Shown: positions 25,821 through 40,055, counted from the first letter of the stretch. The stretch is DNA of 64,000 nucleotides from Schizochytrium sp. TIO01 (GCA_004764695.1 SMSO01000034.1:1984001-2048000); one strand, 5' to 3'. A program made the numbers and translations. Notes: generated by a model not told the origin, from the sequence alone.

Positions 25821-25925
25821 AAACAGCAACGCAAGAAACAGTAACGCAAGAAACAGCAACGCAAGAAACAGCAACACAAGAAACAGCAACGCAAGAAACA
25901 GCAACACAAGAAACAGCAACGCAAG
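25821..25925. repeat. 15-bp minisatellite (AAACAGCAACGCAAG) x7
   Basis: Read directly; explains the repetitive spurious ORFs at 25727-26106. Confidence 0.9.
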
Positions 25926-26204
25926 AGCGTGGAAATTCACGCACGAGCATATATAGCAAGAGCTCTTTTGATAAATAAATCGAAAGATTCAAGGAGCGCT
26001 TGCGAATGGCTCGTGAAGAAACTCGACACCAAGGTGAAGAACTAGTCACAGTCAGCACAATCCAAAGAACCTCTTGCGCCCGACACTTCCATCTCACCTG
26101 CTCCACATGATTTGCGTGCCTACAAAGAGAACATCACGCATGCTATTCACATTGCCCAATGATCCCTGACCCTTCTTGTTCGAACCTGTGGACCTGCACT
26201 ATAT

Positions 26205-26625
26205 GTCATTGCTGAGATCTCCAATCGAAGGAACGAGTGGATAAGACATTGCCAGAGTTCTTGGTGTCCCTTTGTAAAGCCCAATAGAGATAAGGTTTAC
26301 ATTAGAACAAGAATAGGCAGCCAGACTCATGAGGATGCTGAAGCCAAGAACTAGAAGTGTGAATGCACATCACGGAAACCCAAGCTTGGTTTAGCTTGGA
26401 TCAATGGTTGGAGGAGGTTGGATAACCTAACCCCATCGATTATCTCTAACCACATACAAGAATGTCTTAATCTCCCTAATTACTACATGGATCCATCTGT
26501 CCTGGAATTCATTCCTCAGGACAGCAGTTCGCTAACACTTAAATCAACCTTCTTTTAACCTTCATCAAGCTTCTTGCCTTCATTCTTACAGTCAACCTCA
26601 CGCTAATCAGTATCACCTTTCAGCA
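26205..26625 (+). repeat. Dispersed ~420 bp repeat family, copy 1
   Basis: GCTGAGATCTCCAATCGAAG...AGAGTTCTTGGTGTCCCTTTGTAAA...CAGTCAACCTCACGCTAATCAGTATCACCTTTCAGCA; homologous to copies 2-4. Confidence 0.8.
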
Positions 26626-27234
26626 GTCATGAAGAGGTGAAGCCGGATAGTATAGACATAATAATATTGCGCCAAGCTGCATTGCATCTGTTATTCATGC
26701 TTGAAGTCCTTCATCAGCTCAATATGTAATGGCGGACTCTCAGAAATATGTGAGAATGAGAAACACTTTTTATGTCGCGAATGCAAGGATATAATTCCAA
26801 TCTTCCAGGTTAGAGAGGCAACCTTCCATCAGCGACTTGCGTTTGCTGGCAAACGCAAGTCGCATAATCTTATACAAGGAGTAGAGTCCAGACGACCGAG
26901 GAAAATGCCAGAACTCGGGCAGGGCATGCTGAACGCATAAGGGCCGCATATGCTATACGCCAAGCTTGAGAAATGGTCAGGTACAAAGAGGATGAAAATG
27001 GTAGAATACAAGCTCAAGTCGAGGAAGTGCAAGGATTCGAGAGGAGCATACCAAACGTGTAACGGATGCACATGCTACGCGTAAGACTGAGGAACGGGAT
27101 AGGTGCAAGCCCAAGAAAAGACTTACGTGCAGCGCCAAACTCAACAGGCACAGCGTGTATTAGCAGAGCTCGCAAGATGTGAAGCAGAGCAGGAAAGAGG
27201 AATAGTCCTACGGCGCGCACAGATACATATACGC

Positions 27235-27655
27235 CACCTGATGAGATCTCCAATCGAAGTAGCTAGTGGACAATACATTGCTAGAGTTCTTGGCGTCCCT
27301 TTGTAAAACCCTCACAGGCACAGGGCCTACAATAGAGCAGTAGTAGACAACCAATTTTACGTGGCTGCCAGAGTGAAGAATCAAAAGCGTGAATAAACAT
27401 AGCAAGGTTTAATTATGGTGTAACTTAAATCAATAGATGCAAAGATTAAATTAACCTAGCCCTGTCAAGCATCTTTAACACTATTCAAGAAAACCTTAGC
27501 CTCCGAAACTACTACATGAATCAATCTATCCTAGAGCTCATTTCCAGGACAGCCGTTCGCTAACTCTTAAAATCAACCTTCTTAAAGCCTTCATCAAGAT
27601 TCTTGCCTTCATCTTTACAGTCAACCTCAAGCTGACAAAAATCATCTTTTACCAG
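27235..27655 (+). repeat. Dispersed repeat, copy 2, preceded by a relic ORF ending ...RSPIEVASGQYIARVLGVPL*
   Basis: Same anchors as copy 1; ORF 27103-27306 ends inside the repeat. Confidence 0.75.
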
Positions 27656-30266
27656 CTACATGGAGAATTCTATATTACTGACATGCTGTCCCAGCAGTCA
27701 TCCAGTTTTGATTTTGATGGAGACTTTGCTCTGGCTTGCTTAACGTGTGGTTGCACATTACCTTACAAACTGCTAAAGCGTTGAAGGAACTCGCAGACGC
27801 ATCCTTCACTGTAGTCAGAGGAATTCCAGCTCTTATGGAGTTGCTAAAACTGACGAAGAGTTCCGAAATTCTTGTCATGCGCGATACCAACGGCGCTTCA
27901 GAACTTATTGGGGCCCTGACGAAGCTCAAAGCGATTTAGGAGACGTGCTGAGGCTAACGCATGACAGAAGCTCACTAAGATCTTCTTGAGCCTTAGCTAC
28001 AAACACTTGGCTTCTTTTAATGTGCCCCTTCATGAATTGTTCTTCCTCATGAAGTACCTGTAGATCTCACTCTTTAACAAAGTAATTTACTACCACCTAC
28101 TCCCCAAGTGGTAGCTATGTACATTATTTAAGTGCAATCGCCAGTGAGGTTCCCCTACAACAAAAGTCCAAAACAATGTCAATAGAAATCTTGAAATGTT
28201 AATTAAAAAATTCAAGGCATCTAGGAAATCGAATAAAAGCAAGCAGAATGAGAATATAAGAAAATTATCATTATGGCGTACGTGCAGGCAAACCAGTGGT
28301 TTATGCATTTACCTGCGATGTTGAAATTATCTAAATGTATTGTTCCAAGACTACCCTGCAGAGATCTTGATGTTGCAGTGCTAGTGCTCGTAAGACGCTC
28401 GACGCGTTCGATCTCCCCATTAAATATCACTATAATAACCCTTACCTTCAGTCATCTCCCTAGAAGAGTAGCATTGGCTTGCCTAGAGTTTCACAAAAGA
28501 TCATCTATCTTCTCTTCAAAAGTTCAAAGAAACTCAATCTGCCTCGGACTTTTTGTCTCAGCAGCACTATTTTGTCTTTGCTGACATTGACTCCTCTTCC
28601 TTTTTTGTGCTAGATTTATGAATTTCTTTCAGCAAAGACATTGTCTTGTTTCAGTTCGACCTCTACTCAGGCGAAAGTAATGCCAGTCTGTCAGCCATAC
28701 AACTCGCTTCCCAGGTTTTGAATCTACTTCTGTAAAACATTTTACTGATAAATCTTTCAACCATAAGCTCTTCAATCCTCCTTTTTTTTTTTAAGTAAAT
28801 CTCTTTGAAATTATTCCATTGACATCTTCTATCTCCTGACCATTCACATGTGGCAACATTGGAGACCTTGCAGTCAGCTTGGTCATCTCAGATATTGTAG
28901 CGTTGCTTATATTTGCTTAGCTTACATCACAGAAAGGTATTGTAGGTTTCCCCGGTACTATGTAACTTGCAACCAAGGTAATGTGCTTTGATAATGCTAC
29001 TTCTATGCAACGCTACGAAGATTGCTGTCCAAGGTGTCCAATCTGAGTGACCCAAGTTTTCCTTTTTTTTTTTTAATGATGTGTTTGTTTTGCCATTACA
29101 AGTTTTGTCAGGAATAACGGCACGTTCTGGTTCTGGATAAGGCCATACAGTTCACACATTCCATCTTTAGATTCAGTAAATATTCGAGCGATTTCAGTAT
29201 CTAAGAGAAAAAAAAATGAAACGATTGGACCACCGCTTAACATTCTCTGTATGGAACTATCGCAACGCTCGACCTTAATGTCATGACCAAGTACCCCGTA
29301 AGGTTTAGGTTGACTTCTTGCACAGTGCTAAATCATAAACGTCTTTATCTTATTAACCAGTTTTTATTAATGAATCGAATCATCACTTCCCTTTACCCAG
29401 TAAGCATGTCTCCTTTTAGATTTTAGACATCCTCCCGTGAGATAGGAAACTCAAGGAGGTGAATATGCAAAACCCTTTGCAAAAAGTTGTCTTCAGCATA
29501 TTTATCCAAAGCGACTGAACGCCCTAATGCCTTAGACACGCCACAACAACCAGAGTGCAATCGCAGAAATGTCGAGTTATGAATTGTGTTCCCTAGAATC
29601 TTTTAGATAAACTTGCAAGTATCAACAGGATCCTGTAAATGATGCACATTCTTAAAATTTATAACAGTGGGTTTTTCGCTGAGGTATACAAATCGAGGCA
29701 GACTTGTATAGGATGTGCATACACTTAGCACTTTGCCAGAGCCTTCTAATAAGCCAGACTGAGTCATCGGCTGAGTATGGGTTTGTAACCTAGCCTTCAG
29801 CTCCTACAGTTCATGCCCCGATTTGCCTTCAACTATGCAAGCTAGAGTAAAGCAACGACTACTACTTATTCGCTTATGCAAGATGCCGTTGAAAATTCTC
29901 AATCATTTCGGGCAATTTCGGGCTAGAAAAAGAACTGCAATACATTTTTCAACCGTATACAATATTTGTAATATTCACAAGTGAAGCAATCGGTTCTTGA
30001 AAAGGCGTAGGCTACAACTCAACCAACAGGATAGAGGCATAGGTTTACGAAGTTTTCGTTTTTAGATAAGTCTATCCAAAATGCAAAGTCGGCACTTGTT
30101 TAGTAAGTTACTCTGCGACACATGTTTCTGTTGTGTCTAAAAATAGCAGACTTGCTGATTGCTGACTTTGCTGCTGCTCAATATCAACTGGTACTTCAAC
30201 AAAGTGAAACAAATTAATTGATATGGAGGTCTGTAGTATAGAAGCCAGAGTTCGACTTGCTCGATC

Positions 30267-30384
30267 ACATTCGATCACACCACGCGGGTAACACCTCATC
30301 TCATTCGCACTGAGAAGTAAAGTCGCGTAGGGCCGGGTCAGTAGTATGATAGGGGACTGCATGCGAAGCCCTGGTGTTGAATGT
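30267..30384 (+). rRNA. 5S rRNA, second copy
   Basis: 118 nt, two substitutions relative to 15288-15405; followed by TCTTTTT. Confidence 0.9.
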
Positions 30385-32256
30385 TCTTTTTGCAATTTTT
30401 TCCCAAACCACTCATTTTTGGTACTTTGATATGAATCACTAATAATTGAGCAATGATATCAGTTCTCCACACAAAGCGGGGTTAATCTGTTCATTTTTGA
30501 CATACGTACTGGTGTCGTTGTCTTACTATCAACATTCCTGAATAATAAAATTGATAGGGCATCACAAAATTGATGTATCCTATTTTTTTTGCAATGCATT
30601 CTAAATTAGGCACAAAGAGAAAAATAAACAAAATCACTTTGCATTAATGGATGATCTACTAAGGAAAGACAGGGGCAGTTGCATTCTCTGTAAAGCACGT
30701 TTGCAGAAACAAATGAAACTTACGCACGAAAGTCTCAGTAAAGTGAATAGAAGATTCACAGAAAAAGGTCACACTTGCTTTTAAAAGGGGCCATGCTTAC
30801 CACGACTCTCAATCGCGAGATATATATTGTTCATTTCAAACGCCATTCGCCGGCCCGAGGATTAATTTTTCATCTTGTTCGTTTGCCCTGGTGGCGGACT
30901 CACAAGGTAACAACGCAGTAGTTGTAAGTTGAAGATGCCCATCAGCAAATTTAAGGAAATGACATGTTTAACAGCTTTCCTGAAGACAGCCATGTTATAA
31001 TTACTATATTTCGAAACAAAGGCAAGTACGAGGAACTTTGATTTAAATTCTCAAGCCACCTAAATTGATTTGGGATTCTAGAGGAACAAATTTGGCCATC
31101 AAGTGATTTACGAGATTTTGTTTTTAGTTTTTCCTAAACCAAGTTACTATTGGTACTTCAGTATAAACCTGCTAGGGTGGAACACATTCATTTACGAAAA
31201 ACCGAAGTCATAACTTAACAATATAACACAACGTTGTAATTGTCGCAACACTAATATGCCAAAATACACTAGATCTGATTGCTTTTCGTGCACAGTGCGA
31301 AAGATAATGATATTTCTTTACTCTATCACTTTATGAAGGAAGCACTAGTATCTGTATAGAGTCCGACAAAATGCACTACGAAATTCATGTCTGTTTTAGG
31401 CATTTGCAATGGTGGCTGCGGTGATTGCTTATTACACCATGAAGGACCCAGATCAGAAACCCTATTCAAAAAGGTTGTTATTGCTATTATCCTGGCTAAA
31501 ATGTGCATAGCATAAGAACAAAAACTTCATAACCCCCAGGTCTGAGACCACTCGATATGGTGATTATTTGATTTTCTTGCCACCCATGAAGTTGCTCGTG
31601 TTTGTGAAGAATTGTTCGTTACTTTAGTCAGCAGCAAATTTCAAAACCCATAACCAAGAGCAAAACAGTCACATACTGAGATTGACCAAGCTTGTGAATC
31701 AGCATCGATTACTTTCTCTAGAGAACATGCATTTGCCTTGATGTCAGACCGGAGGCCTTGCTTGTCGAAGGGCCAATGATAGCAGGAGCTCGAGCCTCGT
31801 CGAAGTCTCGCAGAGCCAAAGTTACTGCGATTTGATGTCACAACATCGTTCGTTTTGGCGGCCAAGCAGAGGAAACCGGAAGCTACGTAGCCTTCAAGCA
31901 CAGGTAGTCAACCCAGCATGTTTGCTAAGACCAAACGAACCACCCACTATGCCCCACCTGCGCACGGCCAGAGCGTCTGAAGCAGATCTCTATGATTTGA
32001 TTCAAGTTCTAATGCTTCTCCTTTTAATTATTCCCACACTTTGTTATAGAAATGAAAGACTAGAGTTCAATCTATCTAGAACAATAGTTAAAGAATTATC
32101 TAACTAGGATTTACATAACCTTAGCCTGCTTGCAATTCTACAGTTGAGAACTATGATTGCAAGCAACTACTTTACCTACACTAACGTCAAAGCCAGACAT
32201 TGTACGTTTTGATTGCGCAACACCTTCTTCTATTTTTCTCTAAGCTGGAGAAGGGG

Positions 32257-32672
32257 TTGCTGAAAGGTGATACTGATTAGCGTGAGGTTGACTGTAAAGA
32301 TGAAGGTAGAAGGCTAGATGAAGGCTATAAGAAGGCTGATTTAAGAGTTAGCGAACTGCTGTCCTGAGGAATGAATTCCAGGACAGATGGATTCATGTAG
32401 TAGTTAGGGAGATTAAGACATTCTTGAATGTGGTTAGAGATAATTGATGGGGTTAGGTTATCCAACCTTCTCCACCATCGATCCAAGCTAACCAAGCTTT
32501 GGGAGTCAGTGATGTGTAATTACACTTCTAGTTCTTGGCTTCAGCAGCCACATAAATCTGGCTGCTTATTCTTGTTCTAATGTAAACCTTATTTCTAATG
32601 GGTTTTACAAAGGGACACCAAGAACTCTAGCAATCTCTTGTCCACTAGTTCCTTCGATTGGAGATCTCAGCA
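32257..32672 (-). repeat. Dispersed repeat, copy 3 (inverted)
   Basis: Plus strand shows TGCTGAAAGGTGATACTGATTAGCGTGAGGTTGACTG...TTTACAAAGGGACACCAAGAACTCT...CTTCGATTGGAGATCTCAGC, the reverse complement of copy 1. Confidence 0.8.
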
Positions 32673-35600
32673 GGGGTGTCTTTTTTTCTTTCGAATCTGT
32701 ACGACGACTGCAAACTTCGAATTATTTAATCTGTGCATAAATGCAGTGAATAATAAGTGCTTTTGAATCCTTCATTGGGACTTTACACACAGCTTCCTCC
32801 CGAACACATCTCTGTCAAAGCTTAACTTGCAAATCGTTAGATAGCTGCTTGTTTATATATTTTATGGTGTGATCTCACAAAATGCGTTCTTTTTTATCCT
32901 TTACGAGTTCCTCTTTGTGTGGCATCTCCAAATTGACAAATGTCCTTCCTTAGCCATAAAACGGACTAGTTATGAAATAAGTTGTAGTTTTCGTTCTTTG
33001 TGCGATTCCTTATTGCACTGTATTCTCCTTCAAACCAGGTTTTCTTTTTCAATTTTATTGAAAAGCAGAGGGTAACTTATTGTGCTTAGCTACCAAACAG
33101 TTGGTCAGAGGACTTGCTTCGAAAGAGCTGCAACATCATCGTATTTCAAAGGTTCTGGAATCTATCTAAATATGTTGTGGCGTTTTGGCGCTTGCAGAAA
33201 GCTGCATTATATCTGTTCTAAAGAATGTCAATGCGTATAGACCGGGATTTGTACGCATTTGCTTAATCAAGGTCCGCCATTACACTAAACACTCTTTGTG
33301 TATAGTATATGATTGTTACTTTAGAGTCTTGATGGAAACTGGATTAGTTTAGTTGCCTTCATCAAGCGTACAATACTTAATATAAACTGTGTTTGCCTCC
33401 AGGAAACAAAATTTCCAATTCATCGACACTCAAAAAAACAAAGTTCGACTTTACTGCGGCTTCCTCAAACATTCGAGGAATAGTCCCTATAAAAGCTTTT
33501 TGATAGACGAGGTCTTACAAAAGGTCTACCCTCTAAGGATAATCTCTACAAATATAACTATTGAAGTAATATACAGCTACTGTCTAACCTAACCTAACCT
33601 AACCAAGCTCTCCTATCCACTCATTACCCTGCCTGTATGCAGACCTGAAACCCCGATAACTCATATTTCATCCTCTTTCTCTTTCTCCTGAGTTCGTCAT
33701 CCTTGTCAGACTACCTCTCCACGCTTCACAGCTCAGGCTACTCTGCAATAATAACTTTGAAAATTTCTTTGTTCCACAGTTCCCTCTCGTTGAATAATTT
33801 TTTATCGTCATCTAGCACAATACCTCTTACTAAACTGTCCCCAAAATTAAAACAATACACAACGCATTTCAGAACACTCCGTAATTATGATGCTATCTTC
33901 TCAATTTCAAAACAAGTAAGGATTTTTATTCAAAACCATTCTGAGGTCTCGATTAAAAACGTCTTATCAGGCAACATCTAAAATAAATTAAAATCGCTCT
34001 GCAATCATTCTTCTCTGACCTCAGCGTCCATTGCTCTGTGATTGCTCTTAAGCTTGATCTACTATTATGGTATACAATTTTGAACTTGACAATTAACGTT
34101 TTAGTTAATCCTGCAACAAGTGGGTTTCTTCAGAGCAACTCAGATTGCTGCCTACCCAGTGCTACCTGTACTGGTGCGCAGTACTCAGACTCGTTTTAGT
34201 GCAACCACAGAATCATCATGAAGACTACTTTAATAAAAAAGAAGATCTCATCTACAGCGATAATTTCTGTCATTTCAAAAATTGCCATATTTCTCACTTT
34301 AAAAAAAAGAAAAAAAAAAGTACAAAACTTGTTTTGTTTTTAATGAAATAATTAGAAATAAAACATCTTCTTCTTATAAATTGTTTTAATTAATTAAAAA
34401 CAAAACATTAAATTAAAATGATTTTATTCTATAAACAATAATTTTGAAATTTATTAAACTAAAGCAACTTTTACAGATAAGTTGAATGATAAACCTACTC
34501 TACTAGGAATTGAAAATGTATGGCAAATTGGAGGATAATGTCGCAGAGGTTGAAAGACTTTACGCAATGATTGCCGACGGTTGTGAATGTGTTTGTTCTA
34601 TTCTTTAGGCAATCTTGCTAGAATAATATGAATGGACCACTGAGCGATGGTGCCGGCTTAAATTGATTTCATTGCAACAAGAAATCTAGACTCTCTGGGA
34701 GTTCATTACTATCCAAGCTTGAACCAAGGTAGTCCTCTAATCGATAATATTCCGATCAATAGTTTTGTTCTTAATTATTATGTCTTTTTATGTATTAAAT
34801 GAAGCATTCACATTGCATTAGTAACAACTTGTGATGCTTTTGTTAATCCCGTAGTTAATGTCATATAATGATAACAAGCGATCCACACAATTTTTATCTC
34901 GGAGGACACTTACAAGCATATGTTGTGGGTGAAGGTGTATCTTTACGTTAAAAAGCGTATGACATATTGATATAAGTTCTGCAATTCAAAATGTTTAGGG
35001 ATAGATAAGCTTTATATTCTCTTCTTTTTTTAAACCATTTCTTTTTAAAAGCAAGTTTAACAAATATTTAGTCTGTCTTCTCTTTCTTCAAATTAACTCT
35101 TAAAAAACAAAAAATAGGTGATGCTATTATCTTCGTATTTAATTGTTCAAAATTGGAAAACAGATTGACGCCGGTAATCTAGAGCTTTACAGCGCGTTGT
35201 ACCAATTTTCATACTACATCAAGCCAGCTGGCTTTATATTTAGTGTTTTTTTTTTGTTTTTTTTTTAATGGATCGATTTAAAGTAGTTTAATATAAACGT
35301 ATGTAGTAAACATACTTTTTTAATGTCTCCCGAACAGTTGCACTGCACCTAACTGATTCATAGTTTCATAATCCAGGTTACGATTTTGAGTTTGGAGCAA
35401 TGTAGTTAGTATAGCAAAACACAAACATATATGTCAGACATCAAAGTTATGTAATCAGAACGAAAATTTGATGTAGCTTTTAGACAGGGCCAACATTCAC
35501 AAAATCATTTTAAGATTTATTAGACATTCCCCAGGGCCAAGAAATATATAGCAAATTCAAATAACATGCAGGCCGACAGAGCGTTTTGCTGATCAACACA

Positions 35601-37438
35601 ATGATCTATTATAAATAAGCAACTAATTTTGTATTATCTCTTTATTTTGAAAATAAATAGAATGCTTAAATGTATATTTTAAATGTTTACTCCTTTCTTA
35701 GAAAAATCTTTAAAAAGATGTTTTAAAATTCATCTTTTAATTGTAATAACTTTTAAAATTTTGAAATGAATACAAAATTTTAAAACTAAATAAATATTTT
35801 AAAAATAACAACACGAGATTGTTTACTACAAATGTTTGTTTTACTTTATCATCAGAAAGACGGGTCGCAGTCGCAGCAAACAATAACAAAACGTTCAACA
35901 ACCCCCTTAGATATTTCAGTTTGATTCGTACCTTTGCGATCCACAATGCATGATAACACTTTTGGCTTAATAGCTGTCCAAAAATACTACGTTGCTTATT
36001 CGAATCATGAACGATTCTTTCAATCGAAATTGTGAGATTACATCAGCAACTGTTGCTCTTGTCATACTTCATTTTGATTTAAATTCTTCTTAGGCGAGTT
36101 TATGCATAAGGTATACTTTCTTTAAATTATACTGAAACTTAGGCTGATGCCTTTTCATGATTTAAAATAATACTGTTTAGTAACGGTGCTTTAAAATATA
36201 ATGTGCTAGTTTAAACATGTTCGAATGTATTGTTTGTTTCTTAGAACAACGGGTGGACATTTGAACCGGCCAAGTCAGGCTGTTTGTCAGCATGTTAAAT
36301 TATCTCAAGCATTTCTTTATAGACTCTGAGGCACCTAGTTTACTTTTCAAAGTAGCTCACATTCAGAGAACGCCAACCTACTTGTCAAACCTACTTGTCA
36401 AACCAACTGTGTCATTTGATTACATGCCACTAAATTTCTTTGAAAGTAACAGTCTTCAGAAATGTTGTGCGTACGTGGAGGTCAATGAGACTTTGTCCAA
36501 GTGCTTTTCGTAGAACTGAGGAAACATAATTCATTATTGTAGTTGTGTCGGAGAAACTGCTACCCAGACAAGGAGCAGAATCATCTCTTGGACACTGATG
36601 ACAGGCTCACTTAAGAATAATTTGTTTAGCACAAAGTACGAATCTCTTAGTTTCTTGCGAAGTTATACACAGCTAAGTGCCTAACCTCGCCTACCTAACC
36701 TAATCTAGCTCTCCTGTCTGACACTCTTCGGTCCGACATGATACATTTATTCTGCCTGCATTCAACTTTGAAACTCTAATATCAAAATATCCTCTTCCTC
36801 CACTTTCTCCTGAGCGGACCGTCCATGGTAGACCCCCTCTGCACGCTTCGCTACACAAGCCAATCTACAATTACTTCGAAATCAACCATTTTTGACTGGT
36901 ATATTCAGCACAACATGGGCGGGTCCTAGAGTATATGTTATCATCGCAATGCACTTATGTGTTGCCTACAATTTTCAGAATGATATTTTTATTTTCAAGG
37001 TAGTACATGTTTTAGCAATTGTAGCTATAGATATAATTATTCTGCTTTGTGAGAAATAATAACCATACAATAATCAAGCTTGAGTGCACCAATTTTAGAA
37101 AGATTTTGTTCCTGTCAAAAAAGTAGAATTTACCTCATTGTGGAAACTATTCTATAATAACTCATTATCCGCAATAAGGGATTTCTAAAGCCCAGGACAA
37201 CGCAGGCTTAAGGTAAGGTAATAACAAAAGTTAAGTCTATACATACTGCAAATAGGAACTCAATTGTAGATTGTTCATGTGCAAAATGAGGGGCATGCTA
37301 GAATTGCTGAATCTTGATGTTCTCAAGATAAGCTTTTCCTAGTCTCCAAGCCATCAAGTTGAGTCGAAGTCTTGCACGGCAGGATGCCTTCCACATACAA
37401 AAAACGTTTTATTAATATTTGCACACACCAAAAATATT

Positions 37439-37511
37439 TGATCGAACCGAGAGTCGAACTCGGGACCAACAGCTTACTAAACTGTCACTCTACCAACTGA
37501 GCTATCCGAGC
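37439..37511 (-). tRNA. tRNA-Thr(AGT)
   Basis: GCTCGGATAGCTCAGTTGGTAGAGTGACAGTTT-AGT-AAGCTGTTGGTCCCGAGTTCGACTCTCGGTTCGATCA; cloverleaf with one acceptor-stem mismatch. Confidence 0.85.
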
Positions 37512-37681
37512 GCAAGTTCATGCCCTTGGCTTTAGTGCAGAATCAAGCTATCCTACAATTCAATCTCTATGCTTGCAAAAATGTTGCCTTAAGCATGTTC
37601 TTTCAATCAAGTCCTAAGGAGCATATGATACTCTGTCTGAATTTAAGAACTCTTCAAATGTGCAAAAAATCAAATTAGATT

Positions 37682-37753
37682 TACAGATGACGAGGATCGA
37701 ACTCGTGACCTTCCGCGTGTCAGGCGGACGCTCTACCACTGAGCTACACCTGC
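37682..37753 (-). tRNA. tRNA-Val(GAC)
   Basis: GCAGGTGTAGCTCAGTGGTAGAGCGTCCGCCT-GAC-ACGCGGAAGGTCACGAGTTCGATCCTCGTCATCTGTA; all stems pair. Confidence 0.9.
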
Positions 37754-38585
37754 GAGGTGAGGATCTGGCCCTCTACTGCTGGTTTCTTTCCATCATTCCT
37801 TTACGTATAATAAATGTCCAAACCAACTAGGGATTTATATTCGAAATTACCATTCTAGAACAGAACATTCTCTTTGCGTGGCGATCGCGGTTTTCAAAAG
37901 AAATTCTCCACCGAAATTCGCATACATTTGTCTCTTTTTTAAGTCAAAATATTCAGCAAACAGGCTATCAAAAGGTGTTTGTAAGTCTCTAAACTCTTGG
38001 ACGTGCCCATGACCACCACAAAAACAAAACAAAAGAAATACCAAAAATTCTAACAATATAGCAATAAAACAAGATCCCCAAAGTAAACGAAGAATGTCGG
38101 TTTAATGAACAGGAGAAACTGACTAAAGAGCAACCAATGGGTATGCTCACTGTCATTTCTATATCAATGATATAGAAAAGCACCACGAAAACGTTTTATG
38201 AATCTAGATATCCTTGTATCCCTAAGAAGATCCATCTAGATATTTCAAAAGCAAGACCATAATAAAAGCCTCGATGAACAATATTAAAAAAGTCATTGGT
38301 GTAGCTATGAACAAACAAATTCATCCGTCTGCATTATTTCTAAAAGTTTCAAATGCACCTATCAAACACTCGCTTTTAACCCTATCCCGAAACATAGTCA
38401 CTAAAACCAGATAAAATTACTGAATGCGCATTTGTGCTTAAACTGTGAGAAAATAACTGGATCAAAGGAGATCATCGGCACGAGCCTTTTGAAGGTCAAC
38501 ACATTTAAAGGAAACTTTCACTTTTCACAATGCCGGTTGCGTGTTTTATGCAAGTGAGGTTCTAGAAATGTGAGCAAAAGTGATT

Positions 38586-38968
38586 GCTGGAAGGTGATGC
38601 TGATTAGATTGAGGTTAGCTGTAAGGATGAACAGAAGAGGCTTGATGAAGGCTCAAGAAGGTTGATTTTAAGAGTTAACGCACAGCAAATCCCAGGACAG
38701 ATGGATTCATCTAGACATTTTTTTTAAAGTTGTTAGAGATACTCGATGGGGTTAGGTTAATCCAACTTCTCCAACCATCGATCTAAGATACACCATGCTT
38801 GGATGTAAGTAATGTGTATTCACACTTCTAGTTCTTGGCTCCGGCAATGACTGTCTATTCTTGATCTATTGTAAACCTTATGTCTAGTGGGGTTTCATAA
38901 AGGGAGGCCAAGAACTCTAGCAATGTCGTGTGCACTAGTTTCTTCGATTAGAGATCTCAGCAGTGATA
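38586..38968 (-). repeat. Dispersed repeat, copy 4 (inverted, more diverged)
   Basis: Same anchors; minus-strand frame reads ...LLRSLIEETSAHDIARVLGLPL*. Confidence 0.75.
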
Positions 38969-39738
38969 TATTACTCGTAGCTACTATACTGGAAACCTTC
39001 AAAGGGTTACAACTACCGACTGGTCTCTGATCTTCCTTACCATTCGAAAACTTAATTCCCAACCTACAAAACAATTTGATAGTGAGATAATTCAAGTTCT
39101 TTCAACAACTACAGCAGTTTTAGAATATAAGATAACAATTGTATGCTGCTGATAGAATTTAAACGACGAAGGGAAGCTACAGCATCTTGCTTGTTAGGAA
39201 GAATAACAATCAAAATATTACAATTTAATACCCATTCGTAGAAAACGTTATGTGGGATAATAGCGTGAACGGCTATTGCAAGGATACAACTCTGAAAAGA
39301 TAAACTTTTGCAAATAGAAAGGATCAAACTCTGGATCACTGCATGTGATTATATCTAATAGATCTTGAATAAATAGTATATACGTCCTGAGCCTTACCAC
39401 TTGGACATTGCTGCTCACAATCTAATTGCTTATGCACAATGCGTTTTTATGGATGGTCTCAGCTAAAGTCAAGAGCCTTGAAGGAGATTCCCTCGATTGC
39501 AAATCTTACATTTAGGTATAATTAACATACTCTCTCTCATATTTTTTAATTGTAGCTCAACAAGAAATTTGCAAAACCGGCAATAAGATACATCGCCTTA
39601 TCGCATCCAACGTGAACATATTTGAGACTAAAAGCAGCTTTCCAAAAGCCAACCATTTCAGTTTGTCTCAGCGTGCTAGAATGTTTTGATTGATACCTTA
39701 CTCAATCAGCGCTTAATCAATGAGTTTTAATATTTTAC

Positions 39739-39802
39739 TGCTGTTTTGTCCAAGTGCTGTTTTGTCCAAGTGCTGTTTTGTCCAAGTACAGTTTTGTCCA
39801 AG
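39739..39802. repeat. 16-bp minisatellite (TGCTGTTTTGTCCAAG) x4
   Basis: Read directly; fourth copy has two substitutions. Confidence 0.9.
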
Positions 39803-40055
39803 TGCAATAAAGAAGTATCATGAATTTTTCCGAGATCCTGTCTTCTCAATAGTGATCGTCATTCTCTAATTTCCTGTTCGTTTCAGTCTACTAAAACAAT
39901 CATTCTTTGTAGCTACTTAAATTCCTTGTTAATAAAGCTTCCAAGCTATACAAACCACAACAATCAAAATCAAAAAGAAGAACCTCTCTGGCATGGAGAC
40001 GCACTTACTCCTTCAGAGATAATATAGTAGCATCATAAAGAAATACAAAAATAAT

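Noticed and set aside
33586-33760. (CCTAA)n run and weak similarity to 36680-36860
   Set aside because: Only 3-4 units in a short degenerate duplication; too little to call an interstitial telomere or an element.
35165-35222. tRNA-like fragment on the minus strand (also ~39380-39416)
   Set aside because: Only D-arm-like similarity; no intact T-arm or acceptor stem could be folded. At best decayed pseudogenes.
27660-37400. Scattered 60-100 aa ORFs in the AT-rich spacer
   Set aside because: No recognisable motifs or consistent exon structure by eye; spliced or decayed genes cannot be excluded without RNA data.
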